A DNA stretch of 64,000 nt from Monocercomonoides exilis PA203. Lineage: Eukaryota > Protista > Preaxostyla. The translations under genes were made by a program, and so were the position numbers. This document shows, piece by piece, positions 11,706-25,300 of this stretch. Location of the stretch: contig LSRY02000036.1 of the NCBI GenBank assembly GCA_001643675.2, positions 930,001 to 994,000 of the forward strand. Direction: 5' to 3'. Each line of letters opens with the position of its first letter. Position 1 is the stretch's first letter. The notes below the pieces were generated by a model, which had not been told where the DNA came from, searched no databases, and worked only from the letters and a program-made list of their open reading frames with translations.

Positions 11706-13266
11706 TTAAGATCTTTCAGATTGAGAAAGAAGAGCATCTTCCTCGCCGCTCTTCTCCTTTCGAGTGGATGTTGTGAAAACAACCACAACATGCACAAACA
11801 GCATCACAAGAAGCATCACGTCTGACAGAATTGAGAGAGCAACTGCACAAACAAAGGAAGTCACGAGATGGTTTCAGTGCCAATCATTGTTGGTTAAAGA
11901 TATTCACATCGAAACAAAAACATAATGAAGAAATTGTATCATAGAAACAAAAAGGAAATTTGGAGTTGATGACAATAACAAAATGATTAGCAAATAAAGA
12001 TAAAAAAAAAAGATAATGTGAGCACACATAAAACGATCAATTCGAGTTTTGGATAAGACTCAACCAGCTGATTATTTGCCTGTGTGAATGTGTAAAGGAA
12101 CGAGAATGCATGATATCCCAAAGGCAACACAGTGAGCAAGGCAAGAACCACATGCAGCGGAGCAGCTTTTGGAAATTTGGAGACCTAAACAAGAAATAAT
12201 AAACAAGTTATTTGGTTTATTTTCACAAATAAAATTTGTAAGTTTTTTTCATTTGAAAAAAAATCAAAAAAAGAAATAAAAAATCAATTCAAAGATTTGA
12301 AGTTTGTCTACAAATTTGAAATAAGCAAAGTTGCATACCAAATAGCTTGACATTGAGCCAATCAAAAATCCAAAGCAATTGAAAGCAGCATCAACTGCAT
12401 AAAGAACATTTCCCGAATCTGTTCGTTTTCTAAAAGCTAACAGGACAGCTGCCACACCAAAACTCATAACAGCAGAAAACTTCCCAAAGCTCGATGCAGT
12501 TCTTTGAACTCTTAAAGTATCTGCAATGAATCATTGATAAATTGAAAAATTATTTTTTAGTGAATCCAAATTTTCATACTGACTTGGGAAGAGGATAAGC
12601 CTAATTTTACAGTTCTTTGAACCATAGTCCCATGTAATCGTTCTAATGATACGATGTATATAAGAGCAGCTATTATGCTTACAACAAAGCACACAATATG
12701 ATCTGATAGAATGTGAGAATTTTTTTGGAAAAAGAAAAATGAATTAGAAATACCTGGAGACGTAACTTGCGTCGAAGGGAAAGCATGATATGTACAAAAT
12801 GCAATGACAACAAATGAGAAAGCTGTTGAAGCAATTAGATCAACATATGAATCTGAAAATTTTCAAAATATTTAAATTTGAAATTATGAAATAATTAAAA
12901 CAGAAATTCAAACAGTTCCACAATGCCAAAAAGACAAATGTAATCATAAATAAAGCAAAAATCAAAAGAATTGATGCATCAGCTTGAAGACGAAGTTGGT
13001 CATGATAACAGTCTGTTTTGTAAGTGTACTTCGAAGAACATGTCCCGAAAGCTCGGGCATATGAGACAATGGAGCAAGCAATGATGACAACAGAGTGCAC
13101 AATTCCGGTTACTAACAGCAACCAGGAAGCACAACTTGACCGTTTAATAAAACTCTTAAAGCCTGATGGTTCAGAGGTGGCAGTTGCAATCCCTAGCAAT
13201 AAAATTAGCAATAAAATAAGCTATTTCCCAAAGAAACTAGATTCCAAATTGCAAACCGTTTTCCAT
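11706..13266 (-). CDS. Multi-pass membrane protein, many short exons
   Basis: ATG 13266 micro-exon (ATG GAA AAC G|GTTTGC) splices to ...IATATSEPSGFKSFIKR. Many hydrophobic segments follow. The last exon VALSILSDVMLLVMLFVHVVVVF...SERS-TAA ends at 11706. Confidence 0.7.
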
Positions 13267-13380
13267 TTATCACAAAAGATTATTTTGGATTAATTGATTT
13301 CTCAAGTTATAAATTATTTATTGTTACCAAAATAAAATATCTCAAATTAGTGAAGAATTTTTTCTTTATTTCAGCTAATT

Positions 13381-16300
13381 ATGAGTATTCATGAGAAGGA
13401 AAAGACAAGGTTGCAATCGTTTTTTCAATGTCAATCTTTAGATGCAACGGCTTTATCTGAACAACACGATCTCAACGATTTGAACATTTTTCGAATACGC
13501 ATCTCTGGAGTGAATATTAAAGTTTGTTAAGAGTCTTTTGCAAAACTCACAAGAATTTTTATCGTCACGCGTCTATTTCAACAATCCGTTTTATTTTTAC
13601 CGTTTTTTTATCATTGCAGGAAGAGTGTTCAAGCATGTTAGCTTTTTCATTAAATAGAGACCAAAAGGAACTCAAAGAATTGTCAACAGACATATCCCCC
13701 ATTACTTTTAAGCCAAGATACAGGAGAGATTGCTTTGATTTTAGTTTGCTATTTTGTGAACCTTTTTAATTAACATTTTCTTATTTATTAGTTGTCCCAA
13801 CGTCGTTTATTCGTAAAGAAACCGCTTTGTTTATAATAATGTTTAAAAATGAAACATTTGCAACAACTAGCACAAACGCTTCCATTGACAAACGTTCTTC
13901 TAAAAACCGCTCTGAGGAAAGTCAATCTCATCAACTCAAAATGAAGACATCAATTTTAGGAGCAGCAATAATTTCGCTGTCAGGGATTCTTCCAACACTT
14001 GCAATTGGATTTCCGATGTACTTAATGATTCCTTTGACAAAATCAGAGAAGATTCGACCAAAAGTTCTTCCTCAGACGATGGTTTATTGGCTGAAAGGAG
14101 GAATCAAAAATGTCCAATTCCACCACATAGAACAAGCTTTAACAAACAAAGCCGCATTGATGAAGGCAGAGAAACGGAGAGCACAACGAGAAGAGATTAA
14201 AGCCAAAACACAAAGGAAAGGAACAAAGATAAAAAATATAGAAAACATTAATAGAAAGGATGAAGTGAAAAAAGAAGAAAAAGAAAAAGAAAAAGAATCA
14301 AAGGAAGCTTCGGCTGAATCTATGAACGAACAGAGCAAACCAGGACTGTCAAGCAAAGTGCTCAAAAGAGAGCGCGGCGGAATGCGAGCGCTGCAAGTTG
14401 AAGGGCAGAATGTGAATGAATCTCCCCTTGCCAACATTCTGCAGCTTTTGGAGCCAGAAATCAACAAAGGGAAACCAAGCCCTTCATCTCAACAGCCCAA
14501 TGCCTCTCCAAACTCATCTTTTTCCTCATTCTCTGGGGCCTCTGCGAAGAGCACGGCTGGTCTTGCCTTCTCTTCCACGCCTTCTGCCCCACACAATCTG
14601 TTTGCCTCGCCGTCGATGCTGGACAGCTCTGAGGACATTCAGCGGGCGTCTGAAGAGAAGCACAGCAACAAGCAGAAGAAGCAGAAGTTGATTGATAGAA
14701 ACAGAGGGAGAGAGAGCAAGAGGAGCAGAGAAGACGGGAGAGGAGAGAAGAATCTGTTCAGAAGCAGAGAGAGGCAGAAGAAGGAGGCGCAGAAGGAGAA
14801 GCATCACACAGCAACACTCCAGTTTGTGTCACTTGCACACTCACAGCACTCACAGGCATCGGATGACAAGCACAACAGAAAGGTCTCATCGCCCACTGCG
14901 TCTCCGTCGCCGTTCCATTCGCGCTCACAGTCGTTTGAGAGGATGCACATGAATGACAGCAAAGAGAAGAGGAAAGGGACACACAAGAGGAAAGATGCGA
15001 GTAGAATAACAGAAGTGACTGAAGAGAAAGAGAAGGAGGAAAGAGAAGAAGAAGAAGATGATGATGAAGAGAAAGAAGAATCCCCAATTCATTTTGAAGA
15101 GCCGAAGGGCAATTCTCACACACAACATCAGCATCATTACACACACCGCCACCGAAAGAAGCATTTTGAGAAGATGAATTTTGGAGAAGAAGAAGAAGAA
15201 GAAGAAGAAGAAGAAGAAGAAGAACAAGAACAAGAACAAGAGATGGAAGAGGAGCAGAGTGAGGAGCCGAAGAGAAAGAGCAGTACACAACAGGATTTGG
15301 ATGGGTGGAGAGAAGAGGAGATGGAAGAGGGAAATGATGATGACAATGGAGATGAGAAGGAGAAGAAGAAGGAGACGAAGAAGGGGAAAAGAAGCAAAAG
15401 AAGTGGAAGAGGCAAAGGAGGAGAAAGAGAAGGAAGAGAAGGAAGAGGAGAAAGTGATATGGAAGAGATGAGAGGCAATGAAATGAATGATTCGTCGAGT
15501 GATGTGATCAAATTGGATGACTTTCAAAATGTGAAGATTGACAATTTGGATGATGAAGCGAAGGCGCCTTCGTCTGATGGCAGAGAAGAAGAGAAGAAGA
15601 AGAATAAAAGAGGAAAGGATGATGATGGTGATGGCGATGGTGATGAGATGCAAAGAATAGAAACACCAATAAGAGAAGAAGACAAAACAGCACAAAGCAG
15701 AAAAAGAGAGAAAGAAGGAGAAGTCAAATTAGATGGGAACATTTCAGAGTCATCCAGCAGACACAAACAGATGGAAGCAGAAGCAGAAGCAGAAGGAGCA
15801 TCAGCAGCAGTTGCGATTGAGATGGGCGAGGCAGAAGCGCCGGAACAGGCAGAGGCGCCTATTTTGGATGACAATCCATTTGACACGTTTCAAATAGCAT
15901 CTGAAAGCAGCAGACACGAAGAGAGCTCAAATGACTCAGCATTGTTTGCGCTGAATGGAGACAACAACAAAACACCAGAGCAATCACAGACCACACCACA
16001 GGCATCAGAACACGAAGTGCCAGCCATCCAGACACAGCCGTATGGATACTCCACTCCCTCCTCTTCTCAGGCACTCACCCTCTCTCTCTTAACAGACGTG
16101 GAATCTGGTACAAGCATCACCCTCCCTAGCGAAGGAGCTATTGGACAGCCTCTGCCACGTGTGGGCACACCGAAGATAACAAACATCTGGGACGACGACG
16201 CAATCGTGGCGACAATCACACTCGAAATGCGTCTTATTCGCATCTTTCCGAATGTGCAGTCGATTCCACAGCCAGTGATTGTACCGCTGACAGAAGAGGA

Positions 16301-19300
16301 GACAGTGCAGGTGAGGAAGCAGAGGATGGACGAGAGGGCAGAGAAGGAGAGGCAGATGAAGGAGGAGAAGATGGAGAAGGAGAGGAGGAAGGAGGAGAGG
16401 AGGAAGAAGAGCAAAAGAAAGAAGAAGAACTCTGCAAAGAGAAAGAAGAAGTCGCACAATTCTTCTTCATCCAGACGCAAATCGAAACATTCGTCTCGCT
16501 CGAAGACACAATCGCAGTCGCAATCACAGTCAAAATCTCATTCAACCAAACACTCAGAAACATCAGGAGAGCATAAGCATAAGCATCACCACCATCATCA
16601 TCACAACAAAAGCAAAAGCAAAAACAACAAAAACAGTCATCGTCACTCACATCAGAGCACACACAATGGACATCACGAACACAGCAGCAGCACTCAGAAG
16701 AAGTACTCTGAAGATCAGATGAGAGAAGGGAATTATGAAAGTGCAGAGAGAAATGAAAGGGAAGAAAGGGAAGAAAGAGCAAATGAGAATGAGTTGGGCA
16801 ACAATCTTTTGGACACACCTTCCAATTCGTTTGTTCCGCCTCGCTCTGCCCTCTGCCCTGAGCCTGCCCCGCTGAATGCAGAAATGGACCGCCCTTTCGT
16901 CTCTTCTTCTCTCTCTCCATCGCCCTCGCCTTCTCCTCCTCACTCCAATTCACATTCTCATTCTCATTCTCATTCACACTCACACTCACACTCATATTCA
17001 CCTTCTCCCTTCACTTCACTCAACCCTTCCGCCCTCCCTCCCAATGACACATCCTTCCAGCCATATTCCCCTTCACCCGAAGCAGAATACAACATGTCCA
17101 AACACCGCTCCCTCACTTTCTCTCAGCTCCCCCACCACTCATTTCACCACTCCCACTCACAGTCTCTTTCCTTCCCTGTCTCTCTGAACAACGGCCCTCC
17201 CTCTCCTCGCTCACTTGTGCAGTCTTCGACTGTCTCTATCTTTCCTCGTTCCGCTGAACAACAACCACAACCACAATCACAACAACAACAGAATCTTCAT
17301 TCATCTCCGCCTGCTGCTGAGAACAGGCCCATCGCCCTCTCCCACTCAAATGCCTCAGCCACTGACTCCTCAGCCGCTGCCTCAACCTCCTCCACCCGCC
17401 AAGAGCAGTTCATCATCCCCTCCATCGATGCTCTGCAGACAACAGAGCGCGACCCACTCACGCCCACATCGATGTCCCCCCTCTTCCTCCCTTCCTCTCC
17501 TTTCCTGTCGTCTTCGCTGCATCACCAGCTGCTCCACCACTCCATCACAAACACCAACATTGAGGCATCAACTGCTGTGAAGAATGAGTGTGTGTCTCCT
17601 GCTGAGAGTGCACCGGACATGCCTCTGTTGAGACTGCCCTCACACGTGCGTTCTCGTTCGTGTTCGTATGACAGCAGCTTCAAGACAGAGGTACCTGCTG
17701 CTCAGAATGAAGAGTACAAGGAGCAGGCGAATGAGCAGTATCACACCATCGACATATCATCCACATCGACAAAGAAGAACAATCTGTCTCAGGAAGACTG
17801 TCAGACACAGCAGCCAAGCACTTTTTCTTCTTCTTCTTCTTCTTCTGAAGCACATCCTCTTCTGTCTGCTCAACCACTCTCATTAACAGCCGACTCAAAT
17901 AACACTCAACATAACAATAGCATTAATCCATCCACACGTCATCCACTAGCATCGTCCTTCTCCTCCTCTGCCCTTCCCTCTCCAACAGGCATCTCCTTCC
18001 TCCCGATCCCTCTGGACGATGGCTGCCACATGGAACAGAATGCATTTCGCTCCAAATTCCACTCCTCTCCCTTTGGCGGTGTGCAAAGCGATGCTCTTCA
18101 GAACTCCCTTACAGAACAGCCGCTGAACACACTGAAGATGAGTCTGCCTGCTCTGCCTGCTCTTCCTCATTCACTCGACATTTCACAAGACACTCACGAT
18201 GCATCACACAACGTGACTGGATCAGATGATCATTCCACTTCAAACAACAACTTGCAACTGCCTTCTTCTTCTCCTTTCTTTCCTTCTTCTTCATCATCTT
18301 CCTCCTCTTCCTCCTTTTCTTCCTCTTTTTCTGTGAAAGCACACTCAGATTCACTGGATGTCATGCACACTTCCTCTTCCCAGCAGGAGATGGCTGGTCT
18401 GCCTGCTTCTCACACATCAGTGCCTTCTTCTCTGTTCTCACCCGATCTGCTCACTGGCAATCAACAAGACTCCTCAAAGGCAAACAACGAAGACAATCAG
18501 AATGAAATAGAGGGAATGAAGGAGTTGCAGATGAATGAGCAGAAAGGTGATAATATTGAATGCGGTGGAAGAGGAGAAGAGGCACAAGAGGCAGAAGAAC
18601 AAAAGATAGGAAAGGGTGAATACTATCAAAAGGGCAATGATGCAACTGGCGATGATGATATTGCACATCTGAAAGATGAGGACGACAAAGCAATAAACAT
18701 GAAAAGTCCCAAAAAGAATGAAAAACAGCAACGTCGGCAGAAAGAGCGTGGTTCAGACAGTTCAGCGCGCTCAGTCTCTTCCACCTCGTCTGCGGCCTCT
18801 CATTCGTCGTGTGCCTCTTCACGTGGCTCTTCTCTGCCAACATCTGCAGACACAGAGACAACTGGCTGTGCTGCCTCTGGCACAGACACCTCCAACGACT
18901 CCTCCACACAGCCCAACCACTCTCCTTCTCTCTCTTCAACTCCTCCTCCTCCTTCTCTTCCGTCTTCTCTTCCTCCAAAGCCTCCCTCGGTCGACATCAG
19001 CAATGTCTTCTCCACTCCCTCTGGCGCTCTTGTGAGGGTGCATCCACGGCCTTATCGCCCTGTGCAGGTGCGGATGCAGCTGTTCTGGTGTGAAGCAGCA
19101 GCAAAAGTGAATCATCCGATCGAGAAGAAGACAAGAGACGAGCTGGATGTGCTGGAGGAGGAGCTCAGCAGAAGAGCAAGTGGATTGAATAGAAACAGCA
19201 GCAATAAAAGGAATGAAAAGGGGAATAGTCACAATGATAAGAATGGTACGATGTCGTCTGAACTTCCAGCAGAGTTGTTGAATGAGTCTCGTTTGGTGCT

Positions 19301-22300
19301 GTCTGCAGATGGCAACAAGAACAGCACAAATGGCACACAACAGCAAACAGAAGGAAAAGAAGGCAGAGAAAGTGAAAAAAGCAACATCCACAAAAAGAGC
19401 AAGCGTCGAGAGAGAGTGCGCCAGCTGAACAGCCATCTGAGTGGGCGGGTGATTGTGCGAGTGCGAACAACCGATGCGAAGTCTGAGGTGCTCCAGTCGC
19501 ACCCAGCCACCTTTGCCACCATCAGAGATCCAAACAACCCGACGCGGCTGAAGAAGCTGCGGCAGAGGGGATTCTTCTTTGAGGAGATGAGTGTGGTGTC
19601 TGATGTGCGGTCACCGCTTGTTCTCTCTCTCATCTCGCAGCATCCACTCCAGGTGGATGATACCAACTCCTTCCAGCTGTCACATTCTGTTGAGTTCCTG
19701 TCAGTGCCTGCCTTTGACAACCCCACCCACGACTACGAGCCCCACTCCCTCACACGCCCTCCTTCTGCCTCGACTGTTGCCTCTCTTCCCTCTCAGATCA
19801 CCTCCTTCATCACTCCCCAGATGCTGCAGAACCACCGCCTGTCACAGCCGAATATCACCGTGGGACATCCAAAGAAGTTCTCTGAAGGCACATTGATGTC
19901 TGTGGCTATCTCACTCGCCGATGCAGCTGTCCACGAAAATGCCACTTTTTTAGTCAGATTTGTGGATGTGCGGCGTGGCTATGCTCTTTCCATTGCAATG
20001 AGAGTGTCTTCACTCCCTCTTCTCCCGCGTCTGCCTGTCAATCCATCCACTTTTGTGCCTCGCCTGGCATTTGGTGTTGGCTACACCATAGCTTCCAGGC
20101 AGATGGCACACGCACCCACTCCGCCTGTGGTGGTGGGGCGTGTCGTGAAGGACAGAATGCGATACTGGGAAGACACAGCAGAAAAGGCAGACAACGAAGC
20201 CAATGAGCTGCCGCTGTATGCAGATGGGTTTCCGTATGAGAGACTGCCATTTGTGTGTGTGCCTGTGAAGAGCATATCATCTTTTGAGGATGAGCTGCTG
20301 GGGGAGACAGACGAAGGAGAGGATGAAAGTGACTCAGACGAGGATGAAGAAGGAAATGGGGTGAACCCTTCTTCAATCACGACAAATGAGGAAGCAGAGG
20401 CGAATGGAGAAAGCGCAAATGACAGAACAGCCAATGCAGGTGACCTGAAGAGTGATGCGCAGATTGCCAAACAGAAAGGGAAGACAACATCAAACGCACA
20501 GCCAACATCTTCTCTGTCATCATCATCCACTTCAATTGTTTCATCTTCCTCCTCTTCCTCTTCCTCTTCTGCCTCATCCACCTCATCCAGCAGAAAGTCC
20601 GATCTTCAGATCAACCCACCGCCCATCCAGTCACTCGAAACAGAAGAGTCAAGCGATTCCTCTTCCTCAAACAGAAATCTCTTTGCCAGTCTGTTTGAGA
20701 TGCTCCTCCCTTCCTTCCCTGGCGACATCGAAGTTGATCCTTCGCTCTGTCCTCCGCTCATCTCGTTTGACTTGAACATCTCTTCAGCCCCCCTTTCCTC
20801 TTTCCTCGCTCTTTTGTCTGCAACCGCCTTCGCCAGGCAGCATGGCATTGCTGTCTCAGACACTCGCGAAGTGCTCCGTCTGCGTGGTGCTATTCCTGCC
20901 CCTTCGTTCTCTGGCTCTCCTTCTTTCGCCTTCCTCCCTTCTCCCTCCGCTGCTTCGATTGCTCTGCTCCAGGATCCTGATAAGCCTCCTGCGTATTATG
21001 TGCCTTCGATGCAGAAGAAGAAGCAGAAGGGGAAAGAGAAAGAGAAAGAGAAAGAAGTTGGAGGAGCACAAAACGAAGGAGATAAAACAAACAAAACAGG
21101 TGCAGATGAATCAGCCAATCAGCTTTCTGATGCCAAGCTGCCTGCAAATGAACTGAGCTCATCTGTTTCTGATCGCAAAGTTCGAACACTCCCTCCTCTC
21201 CGCCCTGTTCCCCCGACTTATGCTCTTCCCCCTTCAGTCATCTTGTCTGTCTTCTACACCACGCCCCTCCCTCCTCCTTCAAGGGACATCTGCTTTGTGT
21301 CCATCATCAACCACCAAGGTGCCTCAGATTCGGTCCACTCATTTATTGACTCAACATTCCTGCTCCACCAAAGAGCAGCTGTTGCACTGGAGTTTTATGC
21401 ACCGGTTATTCAGCACGACACGAAGAAGACGGTGATTGAGAAGATGGCTGAGAGGATGCTGTCGACGCCAAAGGAAGGAGGAGGAGGTGGTGGTGGTGAG
21501 AAGGAGAGGGAGAAGGAGAAGAAAAAAGAGAAGAGGAGAGAGAAAGGAAAGGAGAAGGAGAAAGAGAAAGAGAAGCAAGAAAAGAGAAATGCAGAAGAAG
21601 AGACGAAAGAGAAGGCAAAGAGAGACAGAACAGCAAATGAACTGAATGAAAGAGAGGAGATCAACGAAGAGTCGTGTTCAGAGTCAGACGATGAGATTGT
21701 TCGGAGGCTGTTTCAAGAGAATGAGAAGGTGATTGCAGCACAAAAACAGACCTTTCTCATGCTGAAGGGAGTGACACTGACTGCTCTAATGGACGAGTCA
21801 TCTGACCAGGTTTGCTCTGAAAATGAACTCTTTTTTAATAATATTTGAGTTTTCTAATAAAAAAATCATATTTTTTTTCATAAATTCATTTTTTATTCAT
21901 TATTTTCTCTTTCTATTTCTCTCTCTTTATTTTGCTTGTTTTCCTTCAGTTCAAACTGCTTCGTCTGACCAACTGTATCCGGAAGATGTCTCTCTTCTGC
22001 CCAGCCATGCCCATCAACACTTTTGACGATGTTGCTTTTTCTCCTCTCCAAATTGAGTTTGGAGTTACTCCGCTTCGTTTCTCTCATCTTGCGCGGCAGC
22101 TGAGCTGGCTGAAGAGAGTGAAGAGGGGAGTGTATCCGAGCGATGGCTGTGACGAGATTGTGAGAGAGGAAGGGGAAGAAGGAGAGGATGAGATGGCGCA
22201 GATCGATCTGACGGATGTGCTGAGTGTGATGATGGAGATGAAGGCATCGAAGATCAGAAGAGAGAAAAGACATGTGAAGGAGATTGATGATGGAATGATA

Positions 22301-25300
22301 CAAGATGAAGGAGCGGATGGAATGGAACAGAAAATGAAAGAAGAACCAAAATCAAAAGATGAAGCTGAAACAGACAGCAAAACAAAAGATGATTTGAAGG
22401 AGACAGAAAAAGAGAAGGAGAAAGAGAAGGAAGATGGAAAAGACGATACAGAAGAAGACGAATATCTTTCACAGATGCTGCAGAAGGCGCAGGATGAAGT
22501 GGATCGGAAGGAGAAGGAGAGAAAGAAAGAGGAAACAAACAGAAGAGAAAAGCAACGAAAAGCACAAATGAAAGAAGAGAATGATTCATCAGAGGAAGAA
22601 AGTAGCGAGATGAAGCAGACAAAGGAACAGAAAAGCAAAGAAGGAACGAGCTTAATTCCAACAGGAATTCCATTTGATGAAATATCAACTCTGATTGAGA
22701 CAGTCAGCACACGCAAATTGGAAGACGAAGGAGAAATTCGAATGATTATTGGCAATTTGCAGAAGGACAATCAAAAGAAGAAGGCAAATGCAGACAAGAA
22801 GAAGATGACAAAAGAAGAGAAAGCGTCGATGCTTGCGATGGAAGTGGTTGAAAGAGGAGTGGCTGGACAGAAAGAAGAGACTGCAAATGAAGAAGGCACT
22901 GAAGAAGGGGAAGAGGAAGAGAATGAAGAAGAGGATGTTTTTGATGATATCTTTTCGAGTGATGCAGGGTGGGAGAGTGTGGAATCGAATGAAGATGAGC
23001 ATTCAAATGAACTCAGCACGAAAGAGAAAGTGGTTGTGACAAAAGAAGGAGAAGAAGGAGAAGGAGAAGGAGAAAACGAGGAAGATACGATGCGACTCTT
23101 GGAGACTGAGGAAGATGAAGATTATGTGTATGGCTGGTTTGCATGCAGTGATGGAACACAAACAAAGAAAAAGAAGATAAAGAAGAAGAAAATGAATAAG
23201 ATGTCTGAAGGAAGCAGAAGCAAGTTTTCTATTCTGAGAGGAGAAGACAGAAGAGTTGGAGTTGTGAAAAGTGTGGTTGATTCACATTCAACACTTTCAC
23301 TGCGAAGGAAGAGGAATGCAATGAACAGAGGGAAAGCAGAAGTGATTGAAGAAGATGGAGGGGAAGGGAAAGAGCTGAGACTGATGTATCCATCTTCGAG
23401 TGTGTCGTGTGCGCCTTCATTGCCAGATGCTGATGATCCCATTTGGAAAGACAAGGAAGAAGGAGAAATGGATGAGGATGAACTGAAGACGAGGAAGAAG
23501 AAGGGAAAGAAGAGGAAATCTCTGATGGGAGCAAACAATGAACAAGATTCAACAAGTTTGTTGGCGGAGCAGAGGAACGAAGGAACTGCTTCTTCTTTGA
23601 AGAAAAAGAGAAAGAAGAAGAAGAAAGGAAATGGCAATGGAAATGCAATAGCTGATCAAGGCAAAACAAGCATCACAGAAATGATCATCAAATCGCTCGA
23701 GGAGCAGGTCGAGGCAGAAACAGCAAGCAAAGCACAATCAGCTGCTGTTGTAATAAACAGAGACAAGCCTGTTCCTCTAATGCAGGGAGACCAATGGGAC
23801 AGCCAGCCACAAGAGAATGAGAGTGCAGAGGGCAACCATTTCTTGTTGGGAAGTCCTCAATCAGACAGCTTCTGCACATTGGCACAGACATCCACGCCTG
23901 CACTGAATCTCCTCTCCACTCCGTCCAATTCAAACACTCCCTTCTTGTCTCCTGTTGGCACACCCTCGTCCATCACCCCGCTGCTGGCACAGCCACACAG
24001 AAGAGCCATTTCGCAGATTCAGCTCGACATGTCCTTTGGGAAGGAAGAGCAGAATGGGCATTCGGGGGCATCTGGCAGTGGATTGAAGGAGTCAGACAGA
24101 AAAAGCGATGCTTTGCTGACGAAGTCTAAGAAAGTGATGCCTTCTTATGCCAAGTCAAGTGCATCTATGATGCCTGTGGTTAAGAAGTCAGGTGCACAGC
24201 TGCTTCAGGAAGAGGAGCAAAGGCATATTGAAGAACTGAAGGAGCAATTGGAAAAGGAGAGAGAGGCTGAAAGGAAGATGCAGGAGGAAGAGAAAGAAAG
24301 AGAGAGAAAGAGGAAAGAGGAAGCGGAGGAGAAGAAGAAGCAGGAAGAGTTGGCGCTGAAGAAGGCGATGCACGATGCGAAGAAGAAGTTTGAAGAGGAA
24401 GAGAGGCAGCGGAGACAGGAGATGGAGAAGATGAAGAGGGAGAAGCGAAAGAGGGAAGAACAAGAAAGGCAAAGAAGGAGGTTTGTGCAGCAGGTGCGGT
24501 CGAAGCTGACGGTGCTGATGGAGAATGAGAAGGCGAGCAGAGAAGACACGCTACAGATGCTGTCGCAGCTGGATGTGGATGCATACAGCATCCTGACGAA
24601 GGAGGAGATCATTCAGCAGGCAGAGCGGGAGAGAGAGACGCTGGCGATGACGATTGAAGATCTGAGGCAGAGGGAGGAGTGGATAGCAGAGGTGACGAAG
24701 AGGCAGATGGTAAAGGTGGATGAAGACGTGTCGCACATCCGCCACCCGAACGACCCGACAGAAGAGGAGCTGTTGGAGATGAGGAGGAAAGAGAGGATGA
24801 GGAGAAGAGAGCTGAAGAGGAAGAAGATGCAGGAGCGGAAGGAGAGGCAGCTGCGGAAGGAGGAAGAGAAGTTGATGGAGGAAGAGACGAGGCTGCGGCT
24901 GATGTTCTTCAAGAAAGTCGAAGTAACTGGCACGAAAGTGACGAAGATGGAGATGGATGCGTGTGATCAGAGCGCACTGGCCATTCCAACACAGGCAGAA
25001 GAGGACAACATGAAAGCATTAGGAATACCAATTCCAGAGGAAGATGAGACAGTCAGACGAGCAGGCTTTGTGAAGACACGTCTGCGGATTATGGACAACC
25101 ACGACGATCACTTCCAGACGAAGTCGAAACAGGAGGTGACATTTGTGGACACGAATGTGCTGCTGATTCCGACGTCGGAGGAGATGGAGGAGGAGGAGAG
25201 AATGTTTATGGGGCTGCCTATTCCTGATGATGAAGGAACAGAAACAGAGGAAGAGACAGACCTGAAGGATGAAGACACGCTTGAAGACGAAGATGCTCTG

